DNA of 64,000 nt. It comes from Bilabrum cf. latius (lineage: Eukaryota). Below, piece by piece: positions 25,592-38,471 of this stretch. Made by a program: the position numbers and the translations under genes. Location of the stretch: the NCBI GenBank assembly GCA_965178125.1, contig OZ237772.1:62001-126000 (forward strand). The letters are read 5' to 3'. The notes beneath the pieces are model-generated. The model was not told the DNA's origin and made no database searches. It saw only the letters and a program-made list of their open reading frames with translations. Within the stretch, counting starts at the first letter, position 1; each line of letters starts with the position of its first letter.

Positions 25592-27856
25592 TTAATCCCT
25601 ATACATCGCCACCCCCTCGCAGGCCCGCCGCACCTCGAGCCTCCACGCGGCCTCCTGGATCTCGATCTCGGCACTGCCATTTCCATTTCCACTGCAACTG
25701 GTACTACCGCAGGTGGCGCCATCACTCAATCCTACAGAATACCCCCCTTTTCCGAGCAGCTCCTTTGCGGCCTTCTCCTTCTCGCCGTTCCAACCGGGCA
25801 CCCAAGGCGCCGCCTCTTTGCCTTCGCCAATGTCCTTGCCACCTTTGGCCGACTCCCGCACCGCCACCAGCCCCGCGGCTGCCGCCCCAGCTGCCAGAGG
25901 ACCCGGAGCTGACAGACATCCCGCCTGCTTGCCCCCCCCGCACCGCCACATGAACCCAAGCGCGATCGCGTGGGGGGACGAAGCCCCGGCCGCGACACCC
26001 GCTCCCCACAGCACGCACAGGTGCTCCAGCTCAGGGAACACAAGCACACCCGCGTGCGCCGGCAGCTGGGACCGGAGCCTGGGCAGGTCAAGCACCGTGT
26101 CCCGCTCCCCTGTGAGGCACAATATCCTCGTGTCAGCTCCGATCGACTGGAAGGGGTAAGCGGGGGGTACGGAGTGCCCGGATGCCGGTGCGCTGTTCCC
26201 TGCCCCATCAAAGCACCGCAGCTGTCCCGACCGGATGGCCTGGAACCAGTGCTGCACTGTCCTGACGGACGCAAGAGAGAACACGTGCTGCATCAGACCC
26301 TCCATTCTGGCCCGAGGCACGGCCCACGACCCGCACTCCCACCCGAACAGGAACCGCATGCACACGAGGATCCAGTCTGCCCACGCCCCCACCGAGAGGA
26401 TCCGCTGCCACTGAGCCGCATAGGGCACCATGGCCATGCCGCCGAACAGCAGCCGGAACATTGTTCCCTGGTCCTCTGTCTCCAGCAGGGAGCTCACCAC
26501 GCTCCTCTGCAGGCCTCGCACGGCGATGGCGGGGGCCAGCGCCACGAAGCAGCGAACATTGTTCGCCAGAGAAGGGTTCGCTGCCAGGGAACAAAACGTC
26601 ACCGCCGTCCCCTAGCTGAACCCCACGATAGACACCTTCTCGGAATGCGCGGCGCCCAGTTTGGTTCCGCTACCGCCGATCCCCCCATTGCCCTCCTCGT
26701 CTTCCTCGCGTGGGTCGGCACCTCCTGTAGTGATGCAAGCCGTGCTCCCGTTCGACCCCTCGCTTTGCTTGCCCTCGTCCGCGCCCCCATCAGTATCCCC
26801 TACATGCCCGTCCAGCTGCCCCCCACTCGTCATCATTCTCACAGTAGCACCCGCCCCCCTCCTCGCCCCCCTGGCCCCCTGCATGGCCCGCACCATGGCA
26901 GGCACGTCCCTCCTTGCCACATCGTCCAGCCCGAACTTCCAGAACGACTCGGTGCCCTGGTGCCGCTCCGGGTCCGTGTGCTAGCCGGAATATCTATTTC
27001 CCCGGACGTTCCCCAGCCACACGTCGTACCCTGCCTCTGCCAGGAGGAAGCCCAACGACTCGTGCCCACCGCAGACGAACGTGTCGGAGCACTGCATCAG
27101 CCCGTGCAGGAGGAGCACAGGAGGGCCGAAGGTGGGGCTGTTCCGGTGTATAGAAGCGGTCGGGGGCTCGACGGGCTGTTGGTCGGGGTGGGTTGTACGT
27201 GTTCGTGATTGTGTTTGTGCGTGGCATGGCCCCGGCCCCGGCGGCACGCTGGTGCTGCTCGCCGCTTCCAGTGCCGCGGAGGCGGAGGCCTCGCTCCCCG
27301 CTGCTGTGCTCAAAGAAGGAGCGCTCCCAGAGATTGGCGCTGTGCTGCGATTGGCAGGTAATATGGGTGGGTCATGCTCCCCGGCGGGGTCAGTTGAGGT
27401 CGTTGTTTCCGAGGGCGGATGATGCACGGATTCTGCTCGGCTGCACTATGCTCCGTGCGCATTTCGGCCACTCGCTGCAACTCGAGCCAGCGGATCCAGT
27501 GACGGTGCGACAATTCTTTGCAAGCCGAGCACATATCCATCCGAAGTGATGGCCTGGTGCTCCTGGCAGCCCCAGCCGTGCTACCGGATCAAATCGGCAG
27601 CGGACGGGACAGCTGCCGCCCCGAGTTGTGTTGGTTGGCCAATGATGCCTTCGGCTCCATCGTAATCCTGCTGGAGACCTAGATGATACGCAAATATCCG
27701 ACGGAGCGAAGAGCTGTGCTGGTACAAAGTGTCCAAGACTGACGGAAATGGGAACGACTTGTACAGGAACGTCAGCAGCGCCTGGCCCGCTGCCGATACT
27801 ATCACCGTTGCAGCAACAAACAAGAGCCAGAAAGTTTTCCAAATCGCATGGATCAT
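25592..27856 (-). CDS. Acid lipase / steryl ester hydrolase (abhydro_lipase, gastric lipase/Tgl1-Yeh family)
   Basis: DLIR*HGWGCQEHQAITSDGYVLGLQRI; PVLLLHGLMQCS; LAEAGYDVWLGNVRGNRYS; FWKFGLDDVARRDVPA; nucleophile VGFS*GT; Asp in GERDTV; His in ELEHLCVLWG. TAG at 27581, 27446, 26981, 26612; ends TAA 25592. Confidence 0.92.
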
Positions 27857-28272
27857 ATCGATCTGCAGTTTGCCAGCAGCAACACGAATGGGGTCCGGAG
27901 AACCAGTTTTTGGTGGTGCTCCGAGTTGCCGCAACGGGTGCGAAGGGTTTCAGCCACAGGATTCAATCAAGGATGCGTAGGCGCTCACCAGTACAATCTG
28001 ATGAATTAATGTGAGAGGCAGTGCGTATCTGCGGCATAGTATTGTCAAGGCTGCACAGATAGTGTATATCCACCAACAAACTGTTGCTCCCTGCTGTCGC
28101 AGAGAAACATTTTGTGCGCGCCTAGTCAACAACATGGTCCGATGCGGCGCCGAGGGACAGGAATTAGGGATGTTACTCTCTGCGATGTCAAGATCGTACC
28201 CGCTAGAAAAGAGTAAGGGCATTCACTTCACGGTCATATTTGTTTCGCTCTTCTTTGGAAAATTTGCATGCC

Positions 28273-30144
28273 ATGGGGGCGCACAAAGCCAAAGCGGAGC
28301 CCTATGATCTGCTTAATAGCGCAGATTTATCTAAGAGCCGGAAAGCCGCAGAAGATAGCGACATCGATAGCGAAGACTCAAGCGATGCCGGCGACGGCCG
28401 CAGCCCCGGGACCGATCTGGCCCTTACGGCGCTTTCCAGAGGAGCCCCAGGCATGCTGGGGGATGCAGAGGTCCTCGAGAAGGCGCCTTTTTTGCGTTAG
28501 AGCCCGGCTGCCCTGCTTCGCGCGGCGGCTAGGAACTCCCGTGGTGGTGTCGGCGCCGCGCGCAAAGGTGCTGGTTCCGCAGCAGGCGCCATGCTGCGAC
28601 CAGCCCGCGTGCACGCGGTGCTTGCGACCATCTCCAACGGTGGTGTCCCTCGCCTGGCTACCCTCAGCAGCACAGAGGCCGCTGCAGTGGCGGTGGAATT
28701 CGCCTCGGCTGCCGTCGGTTGCAACCGCCTCGAGGGCCCAGCCAGCCTCGAGACAGCGGCGCACGCGTGCGGCAGCCTCCTCGAGTCTCTGGCGAGCTAG
28801 TCCTGGGGTGGGGGTACGGGGGGCAGGGGCAGCGCGGGGCGCGCGGAGGGGGGCAAGGCCGGCTGGGGGCTGCTGGGGGCCTGGCTGCCGTACGTGGGTG
28901 CGTGCGCGGCGCTGCACCACGCGGAGCTTGCGCTGGGGAACACGAGGAAGCAGGGTGCTGGTGCTGGTGCTGGTACTGGTGCTAGTGCTGGTGCTGGTAT
29001 GGAGAGTGATGGTCTTCTAGCATGGAATCGGCGGGATGCCGCCCTCAAGAATCGGATCAACGAGCTGATCCGATCCGCCGTGCTGGTCGCAGATGACGTG
29101 GTTCGTGAGGAGCCGTGCGCCCGGTGGGTTGGGGAACAAGCGGAGGAGGCGTCCGAGGGTGGTGAGGCATGGTTCATGGGGTCGATCGGAGCAGCGCTGG
29201 GGGCAGCGGGTGGGGTGGCATCGGGGTCGTCGATCGGAGCAGGAGCCCCGCCTCGGTCCTCGCTGCGGGGCGGCTGGCTGGGAGCAGACGCCATGGAGCA
29301 GCTGAGGTCTCTGTCCCTGGGCGACGCGGGGCGGGAGCGTGCCAGCGATGAAGATGAAGAAGGAAACCTGCGAGGGTTCGTCGTTGACAGCGAGGAGGAA
29401 GAAAGTGAAGATGAAGATGCGCAGGAGAGTGAGAAGGAGCACGATTGGGACAGCGATGAAGATGAAGATAGGCACCGTGGCAAGCGCAGGGGCCGGACCA
29501 GCGGCAATGGGAGCAAGCGACGCGGTGTGACGAGTGTGAGCAGGGGCAAGGGACGGCTTCGCCGCCGCAGGACCAGCGGCCGGGCACTGGTGGAGAGCCC
29601 GATGTCCGAGGGGGTCGGTGCTGGAACCAGCCCTTCCCTCTTCCCTGGTCCTGGTCCTGCAGGTGGCATGGCTGATGGAGGAAAGGCCACGCGGAAGGAA
29701 AAGAGTGCGAAGCAGAAGAAGAAAAAGAGAGGGAAGGACAAGGACAAGGACAAGGACAAGGACAAGGACAAGGACAAGGACAAGGACAAGGACAAGGACA
29801 AGGACAAGGACAAGAGCAAGGACAATGGGTCAAGAGCCGGCAGGGCATTCGGCTCCTTGCCAGTGGTGGACCTGACCACTCCGTCCCCTCAGAGCAAGAG
29901 CAAGGGCAAGAGCAAGGCATAGCCCGAATCTTCGGCAGCGATGGTCGCTGGCCGGAAGCGGGCGAGGGACGGTGCCATGCCGCCTGCAGCCGCAGAAGCA
30001 GAGAGCCCTGTTGCCGTCGGGTCCAAGAAGAGGAAGAAACACAAGAAAGACAGGAGAGTGAGAGGCCGAAAGAAGGGTGGCAAGCATGCAAAGGCAGTGG
30101 AGGATAGCAAGCAACCAGCCAAGAGACGAAGGATTGCTGATTGA
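28273..30144 (+). CDS. Hypothetical, probably nuclear, protein with acidic and Lys-rich tail
   Basis: One frame across TAG 28498, 28798 and 29920; TGA 30142; basic NLS-like clusters. Start codon uncertain. Confidence 0.65.
29734..29814 (+). repeat. (AAGGAC)13 coding microsatellite encoding (KD)13
   Basis: Perfect hexamer run visible in sequence. Confidence 0.95.
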
Positions 30145-30254
30145 TGCAGAGGTCAAGTAGAGCTGAGCCAACTGGATTCTCGGTAATTTCAACAAAGAAA
30201 CTGTGGATGCAGCGTGCTTAGTGCCAAAGTGTTGGGTGGCTAGCAGCGCACTCA

Positions 30255-31341
30255 TCACGCAAGCACAGCCAGGAGTGCATCTTTGTGGCTGCCTGCCCAC
30301 TCCTTTACGGTCTGCTTCTTCGGATTGAGCGCCTTCATATGCTCTAGGTCGCACACGTAGGCGGGAGGTCCTGCTGCGAAGACGGCAGCAAACATGCGGG
30401 CGAGGTCGTCCGCTCCTGGGAACCCGAAAGCCTCGTAGCCCTCCCGTGACACGGGGTAGAAGTTGATTTTCTTGCCAGTGACTTCGGAGAGGATGCTTGC
30501 AACGTCTGCTGCAGCTAGCTTCTCGTTGGCGAGGTCAAACGTACCGCCAATCTTCGATGCGTCATCGAAAATGGATGCGATTGCTGGGCCGCAATCTTCG
30601 ACAGCTACCCAAGCCAGCTTAGTATCGCCAGTTGGCATCGCAATGACGTACGAACCATCTTCCTGCTTCTGCGGCTGCATGGACATGAGGAAATTGTCCA
30701 AATAGCAGCCGAAGCGCACGAACGAACACGGGAGTTCAATTCTGCGCATGTACTCCTCGATATCAGCTTTCGCATCAAAGTGCGGCACAATGAAGTCACC
30801 ATTCTCGTTGGAGGTATTTTTTTGAAGAGGCTCGAAGGGAGCTCCAACCAGCTTGCCATCCTGCATGGAAGGGACCACATGGAATGGGCGAACAGGGCAT
30901 GAGCGAATATCAAGGGACAGAGGCAACCACGCAGGAAGCATATCTGGTTTGTCCCACCTTATTGCACTTCCGTGTATCAAACAAGGTTGAGAAGATGACG
31001 TGCTTCAGGCCAGCGGCTTTGCACGCATCTGCTATCGCCGTACCGTGAGCGATCTCCTTGTCCGCAGACATGAGTGTCCAGTATGATGTGACGACGTACG
31101 CGCCATAGCACCCGTCCAGTGCTTTGGCCAATGAATCTTTATCTTCGGCATCGGCTTTCACTACCTCAGCGCCGGCTTCAGCGATGGCCTTGGCCTTTGC
31201 GCCATCCGGGCTTCGAGTCACCACGCGTACCTTGTACTTGCCAGCACTCAGCAGAGCCGCAGCAACTGAGCCGCCTTGGCTGCCAGTTCCCCCAAACACT
31301 GCTATCACCTTATCAGTCGCTTCCTCACCGACGGCTGCCAT
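30255..31341 (-). CDS. NmrA-like (HSCARG/NMRAL1-type) atypical SDR
   Basis: Rossmann IAVFGGTGSQGGSV, VPHFDAK motif; intron 30861-30957 (GTGGGA...ATGCAG, phase 0) joins the two ORFs; TGA 30255; no TAG used. Confidence 0.93.
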
Positions 31342-32280
31342 TCTTCCAATTCGCAAGGGTTTTGTTGTGGTGTGCGGTAGCGCTCAGCTTGGCGCGGGCT
31401 TCTAGAAGCCTCTGTCCCCAACAGCTGGAGTGATACCCCCCAGTGGCGACCCCATTTCAGCCAGGGGCCCACTCTAGCGCCGACGTGACGCGTAGATCGC
31501 GTATAGATTGTCTACTACAAAGACTTCGCGAGCAATGGACCCGGCACGGGTACCAGCATCAGCTTCATCAACAGCAGTAGCTTGGGACGGCAATCCATGC
31601 TGCTCCCCAAGTACGCGGGTCCGTTCCTCAAGGGGCTGCAAGGTCCTATGAGGCTGCTGCTGAAGGGGTCGTGCTGGGCTCCTCCGAGGTACAAGTCTCT
31701 GCTGGAGTCTCTGCTGGAGTCAGTGCTTGAGCACGACGAAAGCAGGTCTCCCAACTCATGCTGTGGACCACACTGTGCCGGTGGTTCTGCTGCGGGGACA
31801 AATGAGCAGCTGTGTTTTCCTGCATGTGACCAGTATGCCGTGCAGCGAGCTCTACAGTCGGCCACCGCCGGTTGCTCAGCCTGAGACACGCTGACCTCCG
31901 CCGCCTGCAGTCCAGAGCAGAGTGACGGGGGTGCGATGGACACGACAGGGAAGCGAACGGGAATAAGGGGATGAATCCGTCGGCGCATGTCATGGAAATG
32001 GCGAAGGTGAGACAAGAGGCACAGCCCGGGAACATCACAGCCAGCCTCTCGCGACGTCAAACCCTCAGGCCGAGCAGAGCTGCAAGGCCTCGGAGCCTCC
32101 GAGCCACCGGTAGAGCAGGCCCTGGAAGGAGGAGAACGAGCAGGAGGCGCGTGGCTCCTGGGCCTGATGTTCTGTTACAAGGGTGCAATGTAATGCTCAT
32201 GCCATCCATACGTGCGGCATGCCAGTGGTTGCCGCTGGCGATGTCGAGGGGATGACGAGTGGCACCCCAGGCAAGAAGTG

Positions 32281-35200
32281 ATGATCGCGTGTTTGCGTCA
32301 CTCTGCCAGTTTTGCAAAAGAAAGCTTTGACCTCATATTATAGAATAGTCTAGACTCGACCCAGGGGTGCTCTGAGCGCATTCTACTTGCTACACTCGAC
32401 AATCTTGTTCAATCAGCGAGGCCAAACCAGAGCCTCTTGTTCAGCAGTATAGAATCGGACATTCTAACGGTACTATCAATGCAAGGTGATTGGGAAAGTG
32501 GGTATAGTCGTGTCAGCACGATCGTTGGTGCTTTGGAGCTAGGATAGGAACCCTCGGACCTTTCGAATGGGCAGTATACTCCATTGATCACAGCGATACT
32601 TAATCACAGGTTGGCGGATGCCCTTACACTTCTCATGCACGGAGCAGACCCTTTTAATGCGTGCATGGTTACATTTTCAACGGGCTCAATTGTTGATTTG
32701 GATGCGCTAGAGCTCACTGCAAGCATAGGCGACTACCCAACCTTTGTCGCCTTGGTCCACTGGGTGACGTCCGGAGGGCAGTACCCTGGTAGTTTATCCA
32801 TGCAGCAGTATTGGAATTATGTGAAAATAGCAGCAAAGCAGGGTTGGTGCCAAATGGCATCTCTGGTAGTCGCGATAATCGCTCACCCAGTGGGCGAGCA
32901 TCCACCAGTCGACAAAGCAGCTGCCCGGCCACCGGAGTAGCCAGCTTCGGACGAGGCTGGGCTGGAGCAAGCTCGCGAGCAACAAAATCTGTCAATCGTG
33001 GGATCAACAATCGAATCAATTGTGAGAACCTGTCGCGACGACGCTGCTGCGACCGTCCTGGAGGCCATGGGCGAGCACGGCATGCTCACGCTCGCCCTCC
33101 CCGGGCTCCATCGCTCGCTCAGGACGGCCGTGCAGCGACGCATGCCACGCACAGTGGAGCAGCTGCTTGCAGTGGGTCTGGATCCTGACTTGCAATTCGA
33201 GCACGATACCATGCTGTATGACGGCCGCCGAGTGGATGACCTGCGGCACACCGCCCTCACGCTCGCCTGTGCCACGGGCAGCCCATCCATGGTCAAGATT
33301 CTCCTCAATGCAGGCGCCAGCGCGACTCTCTGCACGCTGAGCACGAGGCCAGACGAGAAGGAGGAGCAATACTACCAGGAAGGGTCCCGCGAGGCCGAGT
33401 GCATGGACATGGTAAGGGGGCAGCGAGGCGCCACTTGGCTCCTGCACGCCCCCGTCCAAGCCAAGCAGCTGCCTCTGGAGGCCAAGAACAGCCCCTGGTT
33501 CCGGTTTGAGCACAGACTCAACTCTCCACTGCGAGCCAGCATGGCTGCCCCCGGGCTCGCGCAGCCCATGGAGGTGCAGCGCGCACTCGTCACGTGGGTC
33601 AAGAAGTGGCACTCGGACGGCGCGGGCGCCTTCGCGACACACGACCTCGGGGCCGTATACGACTGGGCGCTCGACCACTACTCGGAATCGGAACTGCAGC
33701 TCGTGCACCTGGCCGTCGACGAGAAAGAAAAAAGGGCACGCCAGAGGGACTTCAAGCGGTACTGGAACCTGCGCAAGGAGCTCTTCAAGCCCCTCAGGAA
33801 GCGAGGGTGGGCGGCCCCTTGGGCCAAAGCACCGGCCGCCGTGAACACGGAACCGCTGTTAATTGAGGCAAGCATCTGGGCGGGTGACTACGGTGGGGCG
33901 CTCTCCCTGATTCAGATGCTTTGGGGGTCCAGCGTGCACGTCTCAAGGCGGATGCCTCACCGGTTCGAGACCCAGTGCGAGGACGAGGAGGCGCCTTTGC
34001 AGCGACCCACGGGCCGGGCACACCGTGACCCGCTCCGGCACGCTCTGCTGCACTTTGGTTATCTCGCCATGCGTCCGGCAGAGAAGAAGGCCGAGTTCAT
34101 GAGGATTAGCGCGCGGCCTGGTGCCGAGTCTGCCTACAAGGTGTGGGAGCGCAGGCCTGTGCCGAGGGACAGGGGCAGGGTGGCGTTCGTGCGAGAGCTA
34201 TTGCGGCTGGGCCTGGATCCAGACGAGCCCATACTGGCCAAAGAGGACGCCGGCCCGAGCCAATCGCATGCAAAGCGCAAGGGGGGTCTGGTGGAGCATG
34301 CGCTGCGAGAGTCTGAGGGGACGGTGCTGAGGCTATTGCTGGAGCATGGCGGCAGCCTGCCTTTAATCCGTGTGACGAGGACCAGGTATGTGGAGGAAGG
34401 TGCAGCGGGTGGAGAGGAAGCGACAGGTCCGAGCTTTAGCTTTGCACCGAACGCGGGGCAGCAGGTCTCGGTGCAGGAGACTGTCGACCTCGACTCGGGC
34501 GACCCTTCCCGTGACTTCGAGAAGCTGGTCTGGCTCATGCTCACGAGGCGAGACAGCGATTTACCATTCCGGATGTATCGCGCACTGGCCGAGGTGATCG
34601 CACTCGGCATCGGTCGAGGGCAGTCTGCAGCGGCTACGATTGACGCCGCCTAGTCAGACTGGAGGACCAGCGCTAGCATGGTGCGATAGAGCCCGGTGTA
34701 TCGGCAGTGCGTGACTTTGGACACGCAGTGGAAGCTCTTCGAGACGGGCCTGATCTACAGGTGCAGGTGGATGCAGGCAGCATTTGAGCCAGAGGCGGTG
34801 CTGGAGCGGCATGTACCCCAGCTTTGCGGGCTGCTGGACGTGCGCAAGCTGTGGGATTGTTCCATGATGGAAAGGCTGCTCGGCCTGCTGGAGGCATGCG
34901 GCAACAAATCCGTGGGGGCTGAGGCGATCCCTTCTTCTGGATCTGGATCTGGTGCTTCTGGTTCCCTCGGCGAATCCGACCCGCCTGGTTCCCTCGGCGA
35001 ATCCGACCCGCAGCCGTCTTTTGCCTTGTCAGTGGAGTCCAGGTTGCGGTGTGCTAGGGGTCTACTGCAGAGCTTGCCCGCTCCTTGGATCGTGGTGACG
35101 AAGTGGAAGAATGGGAAGCAGACGCAGACCAGACGAAGGAGCCGGAGCATCATCTCCACTGACATGCTCGCGCTCGTCACACGGGGAATCACCCTGCTGT

Positions 35201-37043
35201 CGTCGGGGTGGCGATACTCCGAGCAAGGGGAGCAGCAGTGGTCAGCACCCGGTGACACGGGCTGCGGTTCGGTGCAGATTGCAGGGGCTGGAATGTGCCA
35301 TCAAGCCGGGCTAGAGTAGGGGCCCCCAACCCAAGTCATCAAGGAGGTAGAGCAATTGCAAAAGGACCACAGGAAGCACGCGGAAGAGGTCAGTCAGCAG
35401 CAGCACGTGGCTGACGCGCTGGAGGGTATGCAACGAGAGCACAGGAGGCAAGCGACACTAGGGGTCTAGCAGTAGATGCAACAGCAGCAGGAACAGCAGC
35501 AGCAGCAGCAGGAACAGCAGGAGGAACAGCAGACGCAGGTCAATCGCCATGCAGCAAATACCTCACATTCCGGACTAGATCGCATGGACGGCGAAGGGGG
35601 AGCAGGCCAAGTTGATGGTGATGCTGCAACCTAGCTGGGCCAGGTGGGTATGCTGCAGAACTGCTTGACGAAGGTTCTGCAGTTTCAAGAGAACGATGCA
35701 GAAGGAGCTAGCACTGTTCTCTCGCTGGGTGTCGACCCTGATGCTGGAAATGGCGGGAGCTTTGGTGCAAGCGATCGGCTGTGCGTGGTGGCGGGGGCCG
35801 GGACCGCGCAGCAGCTTGAGCAGATGCTCAAACACGGGGCAGATCCTAACAGGTCCAGCGAGACCTTTGGGTGCACTGCATTGCAGATATCGCTCATGCG
35901 GCCGCACCCATTGCCCTTTGTCGAAGTGTTGCTGCGGTACGGAGCAGATCGCCGCGTTGGTGTGACCTGCAGCGATCGCGACCTAGGGAAGGCTCAGTAG
36001 GGCGGCAGCGGCGGCAGTTCTGGCCACAGTGCGGCTGCTGCAGCCTTCCGCTGGCATGGGACCTTCCGGCCCGAGGCACCCTTCTCCATGTTTGCGCAGT
36101 TCGACACGTTTTTGGGGTCTGTGCTGCGTCCATGCGGGTACTTCAGCACTCCGCTGATGCTTGCTGCTGCCCGCAATGACGTCACGCTGATGGAGGCATT
36201 GCTGACCTGCGACCGTGACACCAAGCGCTCCATGTTTGCAGCTGGCCCTGACGACTTGAACAGAGACTCGGTCGTCACGCCGCTGCACCACAGCCTACTG
36301 CACGGTCTCACGTAGGCATCGCTGGTTCTGATGCGGTACGGTGCCAACATCTCAACCGATACAATCGAGGCGATCCGCCCCGCCGCACATGAGGCTGCAG
36401 GTGCGGCGGCTGTCACCCGTAGCGGCGCTACCGGGGCAGGTGCTCCTCCTGTTATCAGCGTACCTGACGTATTGATGATAGCCGCAGTTGAAGCATTCCG
36501 GCCAGATGTGGGACACGTGTCCAGCCTGGTCGTCCTAGAGACGATTTTCATGCACTGTCTCTGGGCACCCGAGGTGCAGGCAGTGCTGCGGAAGGATCCC
36601 AAACGGATGGTATGGTTGGCCAATTGGAGGAGGGGAGCGGAAAGCTGGGAGGGGCAGCCGATCCAGATGGGTAGGAGGGTTTGCCTGGCTCGGTGGAGGC
36701 GGGCGTGTGAGGTGCAAGCGCAGGCTGGGGCGAAGATGTGTGCTGCAATCGATGCATAGCAAGCCATGGAAACGGCTGCCAAGGAGGAACAGCAAGCCAT
36801 GGACGCGTTTGTGCAGCGACAGCAAGCCGTGAATGCGACCGAAGTCGAGCAAGGGCACGCAGTAGAAGCAGTGCAAGGAAGACCTGCTGGCAATGCTCCA
36901 TTTGGTGCGGCCTCCAGCAGTTCGTCAGCCGCTACGGCTCCCACTGATGGCCAATTGGAACCCAGCCAGCCGATCTACGTGAATGGCATGCTGCTTGGCT
37001 CACTCGGGCAGTCGCGGGCCTCAGTAGATCCGCAGTTACAGAT

Positions 37044-37076
<33 letters not shown>

Positions 37077-38079
37077 GCAGCCGCCAAAAAAGGGTTCAAT
37101 GGGTGGTGTCCCAGCTGAGCTGGCAGTACCAAGGGTGCTGCCTCAGGAGAACAACGATGGCCGAGCACCAGAGGGGAGCAGGAGGCTGAGGCTGATGGCC
37201 TGGAGGCGAGCAAGTGACGCGAAGGACCATGCCGGTCGCATATTCTAGGCGGCCTCGCACGGCCGATTGCTTGAGCTGCAGCGCCTGGCGGTGCTGGGCA
37301 CACTCGCCGGGGGTCTTCGCCGGGAGTGCGAGGTGAATGGCCGGTCGATGACTCCGCTCGAGGCAGCGGAGCGGGCGGGTCACGCTGACTGCGCCTTATT
37401 CCTCGAGGAGGCCATGCAGGAGGAGACCGCTCGCTTGATCCGGAGCCTAAATCGAGGACTGCAGGCAGGAATGCAGACAGGCAGAGGAAGAGGACGTGGC
37501 AGAGGAAGAGGCAGAGGAAGACGGCGAGAGAGGGTGCAGCACTCGCTGGCACGTGCTGGCGCAGGCAGCAAATCAGACGGTCGAGTGCCAGCAGCACCAT
37601 CATCAATTGGCTCGGCAGCGAAGACTGCCCCCGCGAATGAAGCGCGACCACCGCCAAATGCGTCCAACAGTAAGTCCAGCAAGTCCAGCAAAGCCCTCGG
37701 GAGGCAGTCGCAAGTGGGTGTGCCATAGAGCAGTGCCGAGTCGAGCCATCTGGCAGATAAGGGCCTGCCTCCTTCACGAATCGGCCGGAAGAGAGCACGG
37801 CCGGCGTGGATGGATTATGCGGAGGGGGTAGGATTAGACAGACGCAGTCAGCGAGGTAGAGGGCGAGGGCAGGGGCAGAGCTCGGGGCGAGGAAGAGGGG
37901 GAGGTAGAGGTAGAGGTATAGGAGTAGGACACGGGAGGGGCGGAGGGTTTGCGGTGAGTGCTGGAAGCAGGGGCGGCAAGGGTCGTGGTCGAGGGCTTGG
38001 CACTGCCAGGGGCCGGGGCCGGGGGCTTGGGCTAGGACGTGGACGAGGAGGAGGAAGAGGAAGAGGAAGAGAAAAGTAA
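32281..38079 (+). CDS. Large ankyrin-repeat protein (~1,930 aa) with poly-Gln tracts and an RG/RGG-rich C-terminus
   Basis: Ankyrin motifs YTPLITAI..LLMHGADP, HTALTLACATG..LLNAGA, CTALQISL..LLRYGAD, TPLHHSLLHGLT*ASLVLMRYGANI. One frame with 15 TAG (32341, 32545, 32938, 34651, 34687, 35317, 35467, 35473, 35632, 35998, 36313, 36757, 37054, 37246, 37726); ends TAA 38077. Start uncertain. Confidence 0.85.
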
Positions 38080-38471
38080 TATGGGTCGCATCCGGATGGT
38101 AGCATCCCGTATCCGGTGCATTTCCAAGATGCCATGTACAACAACGAAAATCCTCTGTGATTCCAGTTCCGATTATGGAGCAACTAGACTAAAGCAGTAG
38201 ATCTACGGCTCTGCTGCCTACACGTTGCCGGTCACGGATGCGTTGCCACCGTCAGGTTTGTTCCTGCCACCGTCAAGTGCATCCAAGGGGATTGATCGCT
38301 GAGAGCCTAGAGAGTTTACGTAACTTACTGAGATCCAAAATGGATCCGATTTGGATGTACCCTGTACATGTTGAACTGGCGGTAATGACAGCAACTTACA
38401 AGGAGTTGAGCATAGAAAACCACTACCTGCCAGCGCCTGTGACATTAAACACAGGAAGCAATCGCCACTCC

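Noticed and set aside
26612-26614. UAG as Trp by A-to-I editing, as pyrrolysine, or as Leu
   Set aside because: The GFS-x-G elbow, poly-Gln and GQ-repeat contexts all call for Gln.
31515-32280. Coding-like stretch upstream of the ankyrin gene
   Set aside because: All plus frames hit TGA/TAA and I found no convincing splice sites; left unannotated (possible 5' exon or relic).
34958-35011. 27-bp tandem duplication (GSLGESDP x2); also a 17-bp duplication at 14607-14640 and (CT)n at 16266-16282
   Set aside because: Ordinary slippage events with no further structure.
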